Source: Patescibacteria group bacterium
Lineage (GTDB): Bacteria > Patescibacteriota > Minisyncoccia > HO2-45-28
Assembly (NCBI GenBank): GCA_022563755.1
Contig: JADFMT010000002.1
Location: 1 to 42,409, forward strand
Length of the DNA stretch: 42,409 nucleotides
Direction: 5' to 3'
Each line of letters opens with the position of its first letter. Position 1 is the first letter of the stretch. This document shows positions 1-8,728 of the stretch, in pieces. The position numbers and the translations under genes are program-made. Under the pieces are notes generated by a model. It saw only the letters and a list, made by a program, of their open reading frames with translations. It ran no database searches and was not told where the DNA came from.

Positions 1-2750
1 TCTGTTCGTCCCATAACATACATCTTTGTTCCATCTGGTTTGAAGAAAATGTCATGAGGGGCTGTATCCTCTCCTGATACGTCAAACAATTGATTGAATG
101 AAGCGGTTGAGACATCCCACGGAGTTGACAAATTATATTCGTTAACGTCAATACCTATAAGTCCTAAAACATACATCTTTGTTCCATCTGGTTTGAAGAA
201 AATGTCTGCGGGGCCTGCATCCTCTGTTGTTACGCTAAAGGTCTGGAGGAATAAAGATGTTGAGACATCCCACGGAGTTGATAAATCATATTCATTAACG
301 TCAGCGCCTTGGAATTCCAAAACATACATCTTTGTTCCGTCGGGTTTGAAGAAAATGCCCAAGGGGACTGTTGCTATTGTGCTAGTCGCCTGGAGAAATG
401 AAGCTGAACCAACTCTCCATGAAAATCCAGAAGGTGTTGCTGCCATTGCTTGAGTTGAGCCGTCGGAGAATAGAAAAGCGTCTGACGCTCTTATGTTTCC
501 TTGTACGTCTAATGTAAAGCTTGGGGTTGTCGTTCCAATGCCAACATTCACCGCATTGGCTCCTGTTCCTCCTAAGATTAAACTGTTGCTTGCGCTAACC
601 TTTGCATTGGATCCAATCGCTATTGCATTGCTCAAGCCATCAATTGTTACATCTGAAAAAGCCCCGATAAATACATTGTTTGAACCAGTAAAATTATTGA
701 GACCCGTTAATTCACCTACTCCAACATTGCTGCCGCCCTCGGTATTATTCGTGAGGGCTTGAGAACCGAGCGCGGTATTGCCGCCCCCTGCTAGATTAGC
801 TATAAGAGCATTTAGACCTACAGCGACATTCTTAGTTCCTGTCATTGCGAAGTTGCCTGCATTTACTCCGGCAAAAAAGTTGTCTGTTCCAAAATTATGG
901 ATAAATGTATCGTCTCCTGACTTTATAATCCCCGCGGTTAGTGTAGAGGGCGGAAGACGAAAATTCCCAGTTATCTCAAACTGTTCATTTGGCGTTGTCG
1001 TCCCAATCCCCATTCTCCCATTCAATCCATCAATGGAGAGAATAGGAGTCGCAGTGCTTGAGGTTGCAATACTCCAGGCATTAATGGATTGAAGAATAGT
1101 TGTGGTGGCGACATTGTTAAAGATTAAAGTTCCGGCATTAAACGTCACCGTATCTCCAATGGCATCGCCCAAGGTGGTATTGTTCTCAACCGTTAAGGTA
1201 GAGATGGTGGTGAGTCCTTGGGTAACCGTTCCCGAAGTCGTCAAGTTGTTGGCAAACACGTCTCCCTCGGCATCCACAAGAAACTTTACCGAATCCCCTA
1301 CCGCAATGCCAAAAAGATTCGTATCGGCTACTGCGGAGGCCGGATTAATCAGAAGCGCGGCGTCCAGCACATTGGAGTTTGTAACTCCGGAAGCCCACGT
1401 CCCAAATGCATGTACTAGGGTAGGAATTTTGGTAAGGGAAAGTTGACCGGCAATGGTTGAAGTTGCCGTTCCCTCGATACTTAAGGTTTCAGATACCGTA
1501 AGAGTGGATGAAAACGATCCTAGGGTTGCAGAGAATGCATTGGACGATGCAATCGTAATATCATTAGGGATATCAGAGTCGGTAAGTCCCGTGACTCCAG
1601 AGACCGTTGCAGAGTTTAGTATAGAGTCATTGATGGTAACACTACTTAACGCATTAATCCTATTGGTCAGAGCAATGGCCCTGAAGTTTGCATTGGCTCT
1701 TGAGCTTACCAGAGCCCTTAGCTCTGCAATCTCATTTAAGAATTTATTGTTGAGAGCTTGGATGGCTAAGTCGAGCTCTCCCTGAGAAAGACCCGAGATG
1801 ATCCTTTCAATCGTTCTCTCTACAACCGTCTTTTCAATAATGGTTGGTTGGGTTTGGAGACCTTGAGATGTGAGTTCTTGGATTTTTTCTTCCAAGGACG
1901 GTCCTTGGATGGAAGTTTGTCTGGACGGTCCAACGTCCACGTCCTCCTTCCCTTTTTGAGAAAGGAAGGTCCTTGATCCGCCAACGGGCGGAGACGGCAA
2001 GACATATCTTACCACTTGCTCTTTGATTTTTGTGATGAGGGTGACGAGAGCTTTTGTTGTTTGCGCTCCTTTCTCTGAAAGCCAAGAACCAACCTGCCTA
2101 CCTACAAAAAGAGGCCCTGTCTCTAAGAATTCTTGAATGGGCGCGAATGTCGTTTTAATATCAATGTCGTAAATCCCTGAGATAGCTTGATGCAAAAGTG
2201 CACCACTAATGGTTGTTGCTTTCTTGCTTGCATGCTCAAGATTTGTATAAACACGCAAAGGAAGTTGAGGATGTTGCCATACAAAGAAACCCACAACAAG
2301 AATGAGCATGCTAAACACAAGGGGTTTGAGAGAGAGGTTTGCGAGAAAGGATGTGTGGCTTCGTACGGGAATGGTTACGGGCTCTTTTTCTACTGGTTTT
2401 TCGCCCAAGAGCACGTGGTCCCAGGGGTCCGCCTCGTCGAGTCGAGACGGGTCGGCGTTAGGAATTTCTTTTATGTCGATTACGTCAAGTTTTTTTGCAG
2501 GCGAACCAACCTCTGAAGAATTATCGAGATGTAAGGGCCTTTCTACTGATATCGAGGTTTTCTCGCGAAATCTTTTAAAAACATCTTCCTCAATAAACCA
2601 GGCGTTTCCGATTCTCTCGGCGCTTAATTTTCCACTGCGAATTAACTGTCCTAGATAATCTTTGTGATAGCCGCAAAGAGAAGAAGCATAATAAAGCGAA
2701 AGATACGCTTTGCCATTTCTCGAGATTGATTTTATTGCTTTTCTCGCCAT
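1..2750 (-). CDS. Large membrane-anchored surface/fibre protein with N-terminal helix-turn-helix (partial, 3' end runs off the window; >916 aa)
   Basis: Not in the ORF track because no stop lies inside the window. I read the frame from ATG at 2750 to base 1 and found no stop. N-term MARKAIKSISRNGKAYLSLYYASSLCGYHKDYLGQLIRSGKLSAERIGNAWFIEE is excisionase/MerR-like HTH. TM segment PLVFSMLILVVGFFVW at ~2280-2325. Then GIGTTTP motifs, NVAVG/NTALG/NAIAIG beta-roll repeats, FSDGSTQ, and IFFKPDGTKMYV...EYxLSTPWDVST propeller-type repeats. Confidence 0.9.
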   Translation of the reverse strand, partial: MARKAIKSISRNGKAYLSLYYASSLCGYHKDYLGQLIRSGKLSAERIGNAWFIEEDVFKRFREKTSISVERPLHLDNSSEVGSPAKKLDVIDIKEIPNADPSRLDEADPWDHVLLGEKPVEKEPVTIPVRSHTSFLANLSLKPLVFSMLILVVGFFVWQHPQLPLRVYTNLEHASKKATTISGALLHQAISGIYDIDIKTTFAPIQEFLETGPLFVGRQVGSWLSEKGAQTTKALVTLITKIKEQVVRYVLPSPPVGGSRTFLSQKGKEDVDVGPSRQTSIQGPSLEEKIQELTSQGLQTQPTIIEKTVVERTIERIISGLSQGELDLAIQALNNKFLNEIAELRALVSSRANANFRAIALTNRINALSSVTINDSILNSATVSGVTGLTDSDIPNDITIASSNAFSATLGSFSSTLTVSETLSIEGTATSTIAGQLSLTKIPTLVHAFGTWASGVTNSNVLDAALLINPASAVADTNLFGIAVGDSVKFLVDAEGDVFANNLTTSGTVTQGLTTISTLTVENNTTLGDAIGDTVTFNAGTLIFNNVATTTILQSINAWSIATSSTATPILSIDGLNGRMGIGTTTPNEQFEITGNFRLPPSTLTAGIIKSGDDTFIHNFGTDNFFAGVNAGNFAMTGTKNVAVGLNALIANLAGGGNTALGSQALTNNTEGGSNVGVGELTGLNNFTGSNNVFIGAFSDVTIDGLSNAIAIGSNAKVSASNSLILGGTGANAVNVGIGTTTPSFTLDVQGNIRASDAFLFSDGSTQAMAATPSGFSWRVGSASFLQATSTIATVPLGIFFKPDGTKMYVLEFQGADVNEYDLSTPWDVSTSLFLQTFSVTTEDAGPADIFFKPDGTKMYVLGLIGIDVNEYNLSTPWDVSTASFNQLFDVSGEDTAPHDIFFKPDGTKMYVMGRT
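15..357. repeat. 153-bp (51-aa) tandem coding repeats, beta-propeller-blade-like, continuing off the window edge
   Basis: aacatacatctttgttcc recurs at 15, 168 and 321 (period 153 bp), each copy encoding IFFKPDGTKMYV. Confidence 0.9.
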
Positions 2751-2803
2751 AAATCGTGTTATCTTAAAGTTTACCAACTACACTAGAAAGTAGAAATCCT
2801 ATG

Positions 2804-2812
2804 TGTGGATAA
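2804..2812. promoter_or_regulatory. Perfect DnaA box in the divergent intergenic region upstream of dnaB
   Basis: tgtggataa is the reverse complement of TTATCCACA. Confidence 0.6.
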
Positions 2813-2816
2813 ACCA

Positions 2817-2848
2817 CTTGTTAGACAAAATCGGTTTTGTCTAACAAG
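2817..2848. repeat. Perfect 14-bp inverted repeat (operator or palindromic repeat element)
   Basis: cttgttagacaaaa-tcgg-ttttgtctaacaag; shares the GTTAGA...TCTAAC core with the 81-bp elements at 21887 and 23637. Confidence 0.7.
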
Positions 2849-2922
2849 GCAAGATCTTCACAGGTTATACAGAAAAATAGGTATGTTTGCGATTGAAGAG
2901 CTGTGCCATCTTTTGTTAGAGT

Positions 2923-4275
2923 ATGTACATCATGCCTGAAGGAATACGAATCCCACCGCAAAATATTGAAGCCGAGATGTCGGTGCTTGGTGCGTTGATG
3001 TTAGACTCGAATGCGGTTTTTAAAATTGTTGATCTTTTGAAGCCTCAGCATTTTTATCGCGAAAATCACCGCGTAATTTATGAAACGGCAATGGAACTTG
3101 CAGAGAGACGAGAACCTATTGACGTTCTTTCTTTGTCGAATCGTCTAAAAGAAAAAAATCACCTTGAAGCGATTGGGGGGAAAAGTTATTTGGCAGATTT
3201 GGTAAACGCCATACCGAGCGCTGCTCACATCAATCACTATGCAGAGATTGTTCATAAAAAAGGCGCGTTGCGTGAATTGCTTGAGGCAGCACAGCACATC
3301 AGCGAATTAGGATATCGCGAAGAAGAAGACGTTGATGTCTTGTTGGATGAAGCCGAGAAGAAAATTTTCTCCATTTCTCAAACATCACTTCGTCAACAAT
3401 TTCTACCGGTAGGATCCGCGCTTGCAGAAGCGTGGGAGCGGATTGACCGCCTGCATAAAAGTAAAGGAGAGATTCGCGGCATGCCAACGGGTTTTGCTGA
3501 ACTGGATAATATTTTAGCGGGATTTCAACCATCCGATCTTATTATTTTGGCAGGGCGGCCGTCCATGGGTAAAACCGCGCTTGCGCTTGACATTGCGAGA
3601 AACGCGGCCGTAAATCATCAGATACCGGTTGGGATTTTTTCTTTGGAAATGTCAAGCCAGCAACTCGTGGATCGGTTTATCGCAGCGGAGGCTCATATTG
3701 ATTCATGGAAGCTTAGAACCGGACGCTTGTCGGCTGAGGAAGATGATTTTACTCGAGTGCGCCAAGCAATGGAAAAACTTTCAAAAGCCCCCATTTATAT
3801 TGATGACGAAGCGTCTAACACCATTCTCCAAATGCGTGCGATGGCGCGTCGACTTCAAGCAGAGAAAGGATTGGGTTTAATTGTGGTAGATTATCTTCAA
3901 CTAATGCAACCTCGAGTGCATATAGAAAGTATGGTGCAGCAAATTACAGAAATTTCGAGATCTCTGAAGGCGCTCGCCCGCGAATTAAATATTCCGGTCC
4001 TCGCGCTCTCTCAGCTTTCGCGCGCCGTTGAACAACGCCACCCTCCCATTCCTCGCCTTTCTGATCTTCGAGACTCGGGAAGTATCGAGCAGGATGCCGA
4101 TGTTGTCATGTTTATTTATCGCGAGGATCGTTATAAACAAAGCAGCGATCGGATTAATCAAGTAGATATTTTAATTCAAAAACATCGAAATGGACCCTTG
4201 GGACAAATAACGCTCTACTTTAACCCACAAAAGGTGAGTTTTACAAGTCTTGCAGAAGAAGAATCGTTAAAATGA
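2923..4275 (+). CDS. dnaB: Replicative DNA helicase DnaB
   Basis: PPQNIEAE N-term, GRPSMGKT Walker A, VVDYLQL, LSDLRDSGSIEQDAD, KHRNG; no intein. Start may be ATG 2932. Confidence 0.98.
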   Translation: MYIMPEGIRIPPQNIEAEMSVLGALMLDSNAVFKIVDLLKPQHFYRENHRVIYETAMELAERREPIDVLSLSNRLKEKNHLEAIGGKSYLADLVNAIPSAAHINHYAEIVHKKGALRELLEAAQHISELGYREEEDVDVLLDEAEKKIFSISQTSLRQQFLPVGSALAEAWERIDRLHKSKGEIRGMPTGFAELDNILAGFQPSDLIILAGRPSMGKTALALDIARNAAVNHQIPVGIFSLEMSSQQLVDRFIAAEAHIDSWKLRTGRLSAEEDDFTRVRQAMEKLSKAPIYIDDEASNTILQMRAMARRLQAEKGLGLIVVDYLQLMQPRVHIESMVQQITEISRSLKALARELNIPVLALSQLSRAVEQRHPPIPRLSDLRDSGSIEQDADVVMFIYREDRYKQSSDRINQVDILIQKHRNGPLGQITLYFNPQKVSFTSLAEEESLK

Positions 4276-4278
4276 GCT

Positions 4279-4884
4279 ATGCGACCGCAAATAATTGAAA
4301 AGCTAGTCCATATTTTTACACAATTTCCAGGAATTGGCCCGCGCCAAGCTGCCCGTTTTGCATATTATCTTGTAAGTGCGAAGGCAGAGATAAAGATAGA
4401 GTTAAAAGACGCATTGGAGGGTTTAAAGAGGGTTAAGCGTTGTGGTCTTTGTGATCGGGTTCATGAAGGATACGGACAGACCTGCGCGCTTTGTAGCGAC
4501 AGCGCGCGGGATCGTCAAATGCTTGCCGTCATAGAAAAAGATGTAGATCTGGAGTCCATTGAGAAAGCTGGAATCTATCGCGGGCGCTACTTCATTCTCG
4601 GAGGTCTTTTGTCTACCTTGAACGCTCAAAGTAAAAGTCGTGCGCGCACGGAGAGATTGTTTGAATATGTAAAATCCTCACCTCATATTCGGGAGGTTAT
4701 CCTTGCGATGAGTACTACAGTGGAAGGAAGTTTTACAGCTCGTTATGTGGAAAAAATTCTTGAACCCCTTAAAAAAAATCGTACGCTTTCCGTAACTCAC
4801 TTGGCTCAAGGGCTTTCGGCGGGCGCCGAGCTTGAGTACCTGAATCGTGATACTTTAAAAAGCGCACTTGAAAACCGCAGATAA
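4279..4884 (+). CDS. recR: Recombination mediator RecR
   Basis: FPGIGPRQA HhH, C4 zinc finger CGLC..CALC, Toprim EVILAMSTTVEG, LEY..L..ALENRR. Confidence 0.95.
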   Translation: MRPQIIEKLVHIFTQFPGIGPRQAARFAYYLVSAKAEIKIELKDALEGLKRVKRCGLCDRVHEGYGQTCALCSDSARDRQMLAVIEKDVDLESIEKAGIYRGRYFILGGLLSTLNAQSKSRARTERLFEYVKSSPHIREVILAMSTTVEGSFTARYVEKILEPLKKNRTLSVTHLAQGLSAGAELEYLNRDTLKSALENRR

Positions 4885-4886
4885 AC

Positions 4887-5660
4887 CTACCTCAACTTAT
4901 AAAACCCCTTGTTTTTAAATCGAAGGTCTAGATAATCCAAATTCTCGATCTGATCTTTGATGACAGAGGTAAGAAAAATATCTAAATTTTCTAAAGCGCG
5001 ATCAATATCGGTTTCGGAGTCCAACACAATCCTCCAGCCCTCCGTTGTCGTAAGCCAAAATGCGAGATCCAAAGTTATTTTAATCTCGATCGTACGAGTT
5101 TTATAAGTATCGTTTAGCCGTACGATAAAATTCTGTAAATTGATAACGTACTCGGTTTCAAGAAATGGTTTCCCCATTTTTACCATCATATCCCGTTCAT
5201 CAAATATTTTTAGTATAAGGTCTCCAAAAAAAACCGGCGCTTTTTGAAACACGATCCCTGAATTATCGATATAAAAACAGGTTGTTTCTATTTTATTTGG
5301 TTCTGTTTCCGGACACCACAGCGCCCACGGTTTTCTTTCTTGGACTTCAAGATGCAATGTTTTTTGAAAAAAGTTTCGCCGAACGTCCACTTCAGCGATT
5401 CGGGGAAACGAGGTTTTAAGACTTGCAATTAATTTTTTAGAGCTGAAGAAAAATGGAGTTTTTAGAAATTCTTTAACGCTGGATTCCAACTCCTCTTTTT
5501 TAAGATTCTCAATGCCCCGAATATTTACCTCTCGAGGAACAATGATTCGAGGTGTTATAATGCCGATAACAAGGGTTACGACACCCAGCACAAAAACGAG
5601 AGAAAAAATATTTTTAAGAAATCTTGAGCGTTGCGGTCTGCGAGAGCGGCTGGAAAACAT
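4887..5660 (-). CDS. ftsQ: Cell division protein FtsQ/DivIB-like (TM + POTRA)
   Basis: Basic N-term, single TM, POTRA-like region ending VQERKP.ALW, C-term YLDLRFKNK. Confidence 0.8.
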   Translation of the reverse strand: MFSSRSRRPQRSRFLKNIFSLVFVLGVVTLVIGIITPRIIVPREVNIRGIENLKKEELESSVKEFLKTPFFFSSKKLIASLKTSFPRIAEVDVRRNFFQKTLHLEVQERKPWALWCPETEPNKIETTCFYIDNSGIVFQKAPVFFGDLILKIFDERDMMVKMGKPFLETEYVINLQNFIVRLNDTYKTRTIEIKITLDLAFWLTTTEGWRIVLDSETDIDRALENLDIFLTSVIKDQIENLDYLDLRFKNKGFYKLR

Positions 5661-5664
5661 TATT

Positions 5665-6933
5665 TTATCGAGGCTTTATTACCTCAAAGCCTGTATATTT
5701 TTTAAGAGCTCTTGGCACGATAACCGAGCCATCGGGCTCTTGATAGTTCTCCAAAATGGAGATCAAGATTCTAGGGGTGGCGATTGCGGTATTATTTAAG
5801 GAATAGCAGAATCGAGTTTTCCCGTCTTTCGTCCGATAACGCGTGTTGAGACGACGAGTTTGAAAATCGTGGTAGTAAGAAGAAGAATGAGATTCCCGGT
5901 ATCTGCGCTCGGATGGTATCCAAACCTCTAGATCATAAGTTTTTACGTGCGCTCTACCCATGTCGCCACCACAGACAGTGACAACCCGGTATGGAAGATC
6001 CAAAACCTGCAAAGTTTTCTCTGCGCATTCGGTTAGCTCTTCATGCAGGCGAACTGAATCTTGATGGTCGGCAAGACTTAAAATTAACTGCTCTACCTTA
6101 AAAAATTCGTGCACGCGATAGATGCCCTTTGCATCTTTTCCGTGAGCGCCGGCTTCTCTGCGGAAACAAGGCGAGAAAGCCAAATACTTTTTTGGCAACT
6201 CTTCCTCTTTCAATATTTCATCCGAGTGAAGCCCCATGAGTGGAATTTCGGCGGTTGCCGAAAGATACAAGTCATCCTGGGTTTTGTACACGTCGTCTTT
6301 TGATTGCGGAAAATGACCAGTACCAAAAAGGTTTTTTTCCCGTACCAGTGCGGGAACCAGTAACGGCTGATATCCACGATCTCGAAATTGGTCAAATATA
6401 AGTTGCCACAGCGCAAAAGACAACAGCACGGCTTCGTTTTTCAAAAAATATCCGCGAAAACCCGAAACTTTTGCTCCTCGTTCCAAATCAACTAGGTCCA
6501 AATTTTTCATGAGCGTGACATGATCTTTGACTTCAAATTTAAATGACGGTATCTCCCCCCACCGACGGATTTCTTTGTTGTCACGTTCACTTTCGCCGTC
6601 GGAAACCGAAGGATCCGGAATATTTGGTACGTCAGACATGAGCTTACGCCATTCATTATCTATTCGTTTAAATTCGTATTCTTTTTTGGATAGAATCTCT
6701 TTCAGCTCTCGTAAATCTTTAATTGCACCACTTTTCTCTTTTTCGTCCTCTAGCGTAGCCACTTGTTCAGTTGCGCGATTGTGTTTGGCCCTAAGTTCCT
6801 CAATTTCGCCCGTCGCGCTGCGCCGCGTCTTATCAACTTCCAAAAGCCGTGTCACATCAAAATCCAAGCGCTTTTTTTGTGCTGCGGCGCGGATTAAATC
6901 AGGATTTTCGCGGATAAATTTAATATCGAGCAT
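5665..6933 (-). CDS. serS: Seryl-tRNA synthetase
   Basis: MLDIKFIRENP, coiled-coil arm, TAEIPL, CFRREAG, GIYRVHEF, NNTAIATPR. Confidence 0.98.
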   Translation of the reverse strand: MLDIKFIRENPDLIRAAAQKKRLDFDVTRLLEVDKTRRSATGEIEELRAKHNRATEQVATLEDEKEKSGAIKDLRELKEILSKKEYEFKRIDNEWRKLMSDVPNIPDPSVSDGESERDNKEIRRWGEIPSFKFEVKDHVTLMKNLDLVDLERGAKVSGFRGYFLKNEAVLLSFALWQLIFDQFRDRGYQPLLVPALVREKNLFGTGHFPQSKDDVYKTQDDLYLSATAEIPLMGLHSDEILKEEELPKKYLAFSPCFRREAGAHGKDAKGIYRVHEFFKVEQLILSLADHQDSVRLHEELTECAEKTLQVLDLPYRVVTVCGGDMGRAHVKTYDLEVWIPSERRYRESHSSSYYHDFQTRRLNTRYRTKDGKTRFCYSLNNTAIATPRILISILENYQEPDGSVIVPRALKKYTGFEVIKPR

Positions 6934-6962
6934 AGAAACGCTTCAGTTTTATGATACCGCTT

Positions 6963-7718
6963 TTAGAGATAATCTAGCAAGCGTTCGTACTCAATAAATC
7001 GAAAAATCTTAAAACCGTAAGAGACGAGGAGCGCCATGTTGTCGGTGACCAAAAGGATTCCCAACAGTATCAAAAATATTCCTCCGATGACAGAAACTAC
7101 ATTTAAATATCGAGAAAGACCTGCAAGATGTCTGGAGGCCCAGCCAATGCCTAAAGCAATAGCTAAAAATGGAATGGCAAGGCCAAGTGAGAAAATAGAG
7201 AGTAAAAATGCGCCCTGAGACGCGGTTGCCGACGTTGAGGCAAGAAGTAAAATAGCGCCCAAGATCGGGCCCACACAAGGCGTCCATCCAAATCCAAACG
7301 CAGAGCCCAAAATGAGGGAGTTGAAAGAATTCCCCCGTTTAAATAAAGTCGGGACTTTAAATTGTTTTTCTCGTGAGAGGTATGGAATCTTTATGACATT
7401 CAACATGAAGAGCCCAAAGATAATGACAAAAATTCCGCCGATCCGAGTAAGCCATATTCGATACGGAGCAAATGCGATTCCGACGAGTCCCGCCAGGGTT
7501 CCAAAAATAATGAAAACAAGACTAAATCCAAAGACAAAGAAAATGCCGTTTAAGAAAATTTTCAGGCGCGCTCCTCTTGATTTTTTAGGGTCTTTGAGAT
7601 CTTCAAGAGAAACACCGCTTATAAATCCTAAATAAGCCGGCACCAAAGGCAGTGTGCAGGGGGCCAAGAATGTTAATAAACCAGCTATGAACGCCGGAAT
7701 AATTAATGCTAAATCCAT
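6963..7718 (-). CDS. ccdA: Cytochrome c biogenesis CcdA / DsbD-beta family thiol:disulfide transporter
   Basis: FLAPCTLPLVP and GWTPCVGP motifs; about 6 TM helices. Confidence 0.92.
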   Translation of the reverse strand: MDLALIIPAFIAGLLTFLAPCTLPLVPAYLGFISGVSLEDLKDPKKSRGARLKIFLNGIFFVFGFSLVFIIFGTLAGLVGIAFAPYRIWLTRIGGIFVIIFGLFMLNVIKIPYLSREKQFKVPTLFKRGNSFNSLILGSAFGFGWTPCVGPILGAILLLASTSATASQGAFLLSIFSLGLAIPFLAIALGIGWASRHLAGLSRYLNVVSVIGGIFLILLGILLVTDNMALLVSYGFKIFRFIEYERLLDYL

Positions 7719-7733
7719 AAAAATGACTACTAT

Positions 7734-8198
7734 CTAATTTCTAATTCGGAATTTCTTTAAAGCTTCTCTTTGAACATCTTCCAAATGAGTAGAGGGGCGT
7801 TTCTCTTTTACGAATGCCTCGGCTTCCTCCCAAGTCATGCCTTTTGTTTTCATGAGGTATGCTGCCATCATTGTGGGCGCGCGGCCATGCCCGTTTTTAC
7901 AATGCAGATATATTTTTCTGCCCATTTTCACAAGGCGTTCGAGCGTATCCGTTCCAAAGGCAAGCTGGTCTTCTGCGGGCGCGGTGTGATTTTTAATCGG
8001 AATCCAGATATAGAAATCAACACCAAAGGGTTGATCTAGGCGTACTTCTTCCAATGAAATGTCTGCCGTAATCCCCTCTTTTTTTAATTGTTCATCAAAA
8101 TGCGTCTGGCAGCATTGATTTGTGCCGATATAAATCCCATCGGTAATATAATTATATTCCAGCTCTTTGCTCTCTGGGTGATCTAGGTGATTGATCAT
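7734..8198 (-). CDS. Dual-specificity/tyrosine phosphatase family protein
   Basis: HCKNGHGRA matches the HCX5R active site; AAYLM...A...VK..RP. Confidence 0.88.
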   Translation of the reverse strand: MINHLDHPESKELEYNYITDGIYIGTNQCCQTHFDEQLKKEGITADISLEEVRLDQPFGVDFYIWIPIKNHTAPAEDQLAFGTDTLERLVKMGRKIYLHCKNGHGRAPTMMAAYLMKTKGMTWEEAEAFVKEKRPSTHLEDVQREALKKFRIRN

Positions 8199-8716
8199 AG
8201 GATTTTTTGAATACGTTCTCGGATCTCTTCAACGTCCATGGGACCGCGCTTGTGATCACGGATGTTACCTTCTCTATCTACAAAAATGGTCTCGGGCATA
8301 GAAAACCCGCCAATGGATCGGTAAAACGAATCGCCTGGGTCGAGCAGGAAGACGAGATCATTTGTGACCTCTAAATCGTCGGTATAACGTTTGGAAGTGG
8401 CAAGTGATTCTGCGCGATCAATGGCAATAATCACGACCTTATCTCCTAATTCTTTCTGTACCGCTGCAAAATCCGGAAGCTCATCAATACAAAATGGACA
8501 CCATGCCGCCCAAGAATTTATGACGAGTGGCACACCTGCAAAATCGGCCAAGCTTACGGTATTTCCTTGATAATCCTTCAGAGAAAAATCTGGCGCTTTG
8601 TCGAGAGAAGCTTCCTCGCCTGGTTGCATCGCCGGAGACCCGCTATTACGTAAAAACGTAGCCGCGCCAACCCCCAACACGATAAGAACACCGACAAGAA
8701 TAATTATTTTTTTCAC
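8195..8716 (-). CDS. Membrane-anchored TlpA/ResA-like thioredoxin
   Basis: N-term anchor, APDFSL, NSWAAWCPFC, MPET cis-Pro motif. Confidence 0.92.
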   Translation of the reverse strand: MKKIIILVGVLIVLGVGAATFLRNSGSPAMQPGEEASLDKAPDFSLKDYQGNTVSLADFAGVPLVINSWAAWCPFCIDELPDFAAVQKELGDKVVIIAIDRAESLATSKRYTDDLEVTNDLVFLLDPGDSFYRSIGGFSMPETIFVDREGNIRDHKRGPMDVEEIRERIQKIL

Positions 8717-8728
8717 AGTAGTATTTGA

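Noticed and set aside
15..357. Regularly spaced repeats as a possible CRISPR array
   Set aside because: The period is 153 bp, in frame, and the intervening sequence is also homologous; these are protein repeats.
1..1100. Prophage tail-fibre gene
   Set aside because: No capsid, terminase or integrase genes are in the window; the protein has a TM anchor and sits among housekeeping genes.
94..2658. Plus-strand ORFs (94-453, 493-762, 778-1092, 1102-1446, 1453-1785, 2187-2516, 2302-2658) and short minus-strand ORFs in the track
   Set aside because: They are antisense or out-of-frame shadows of the single long minus-strand ORF 1-2750.
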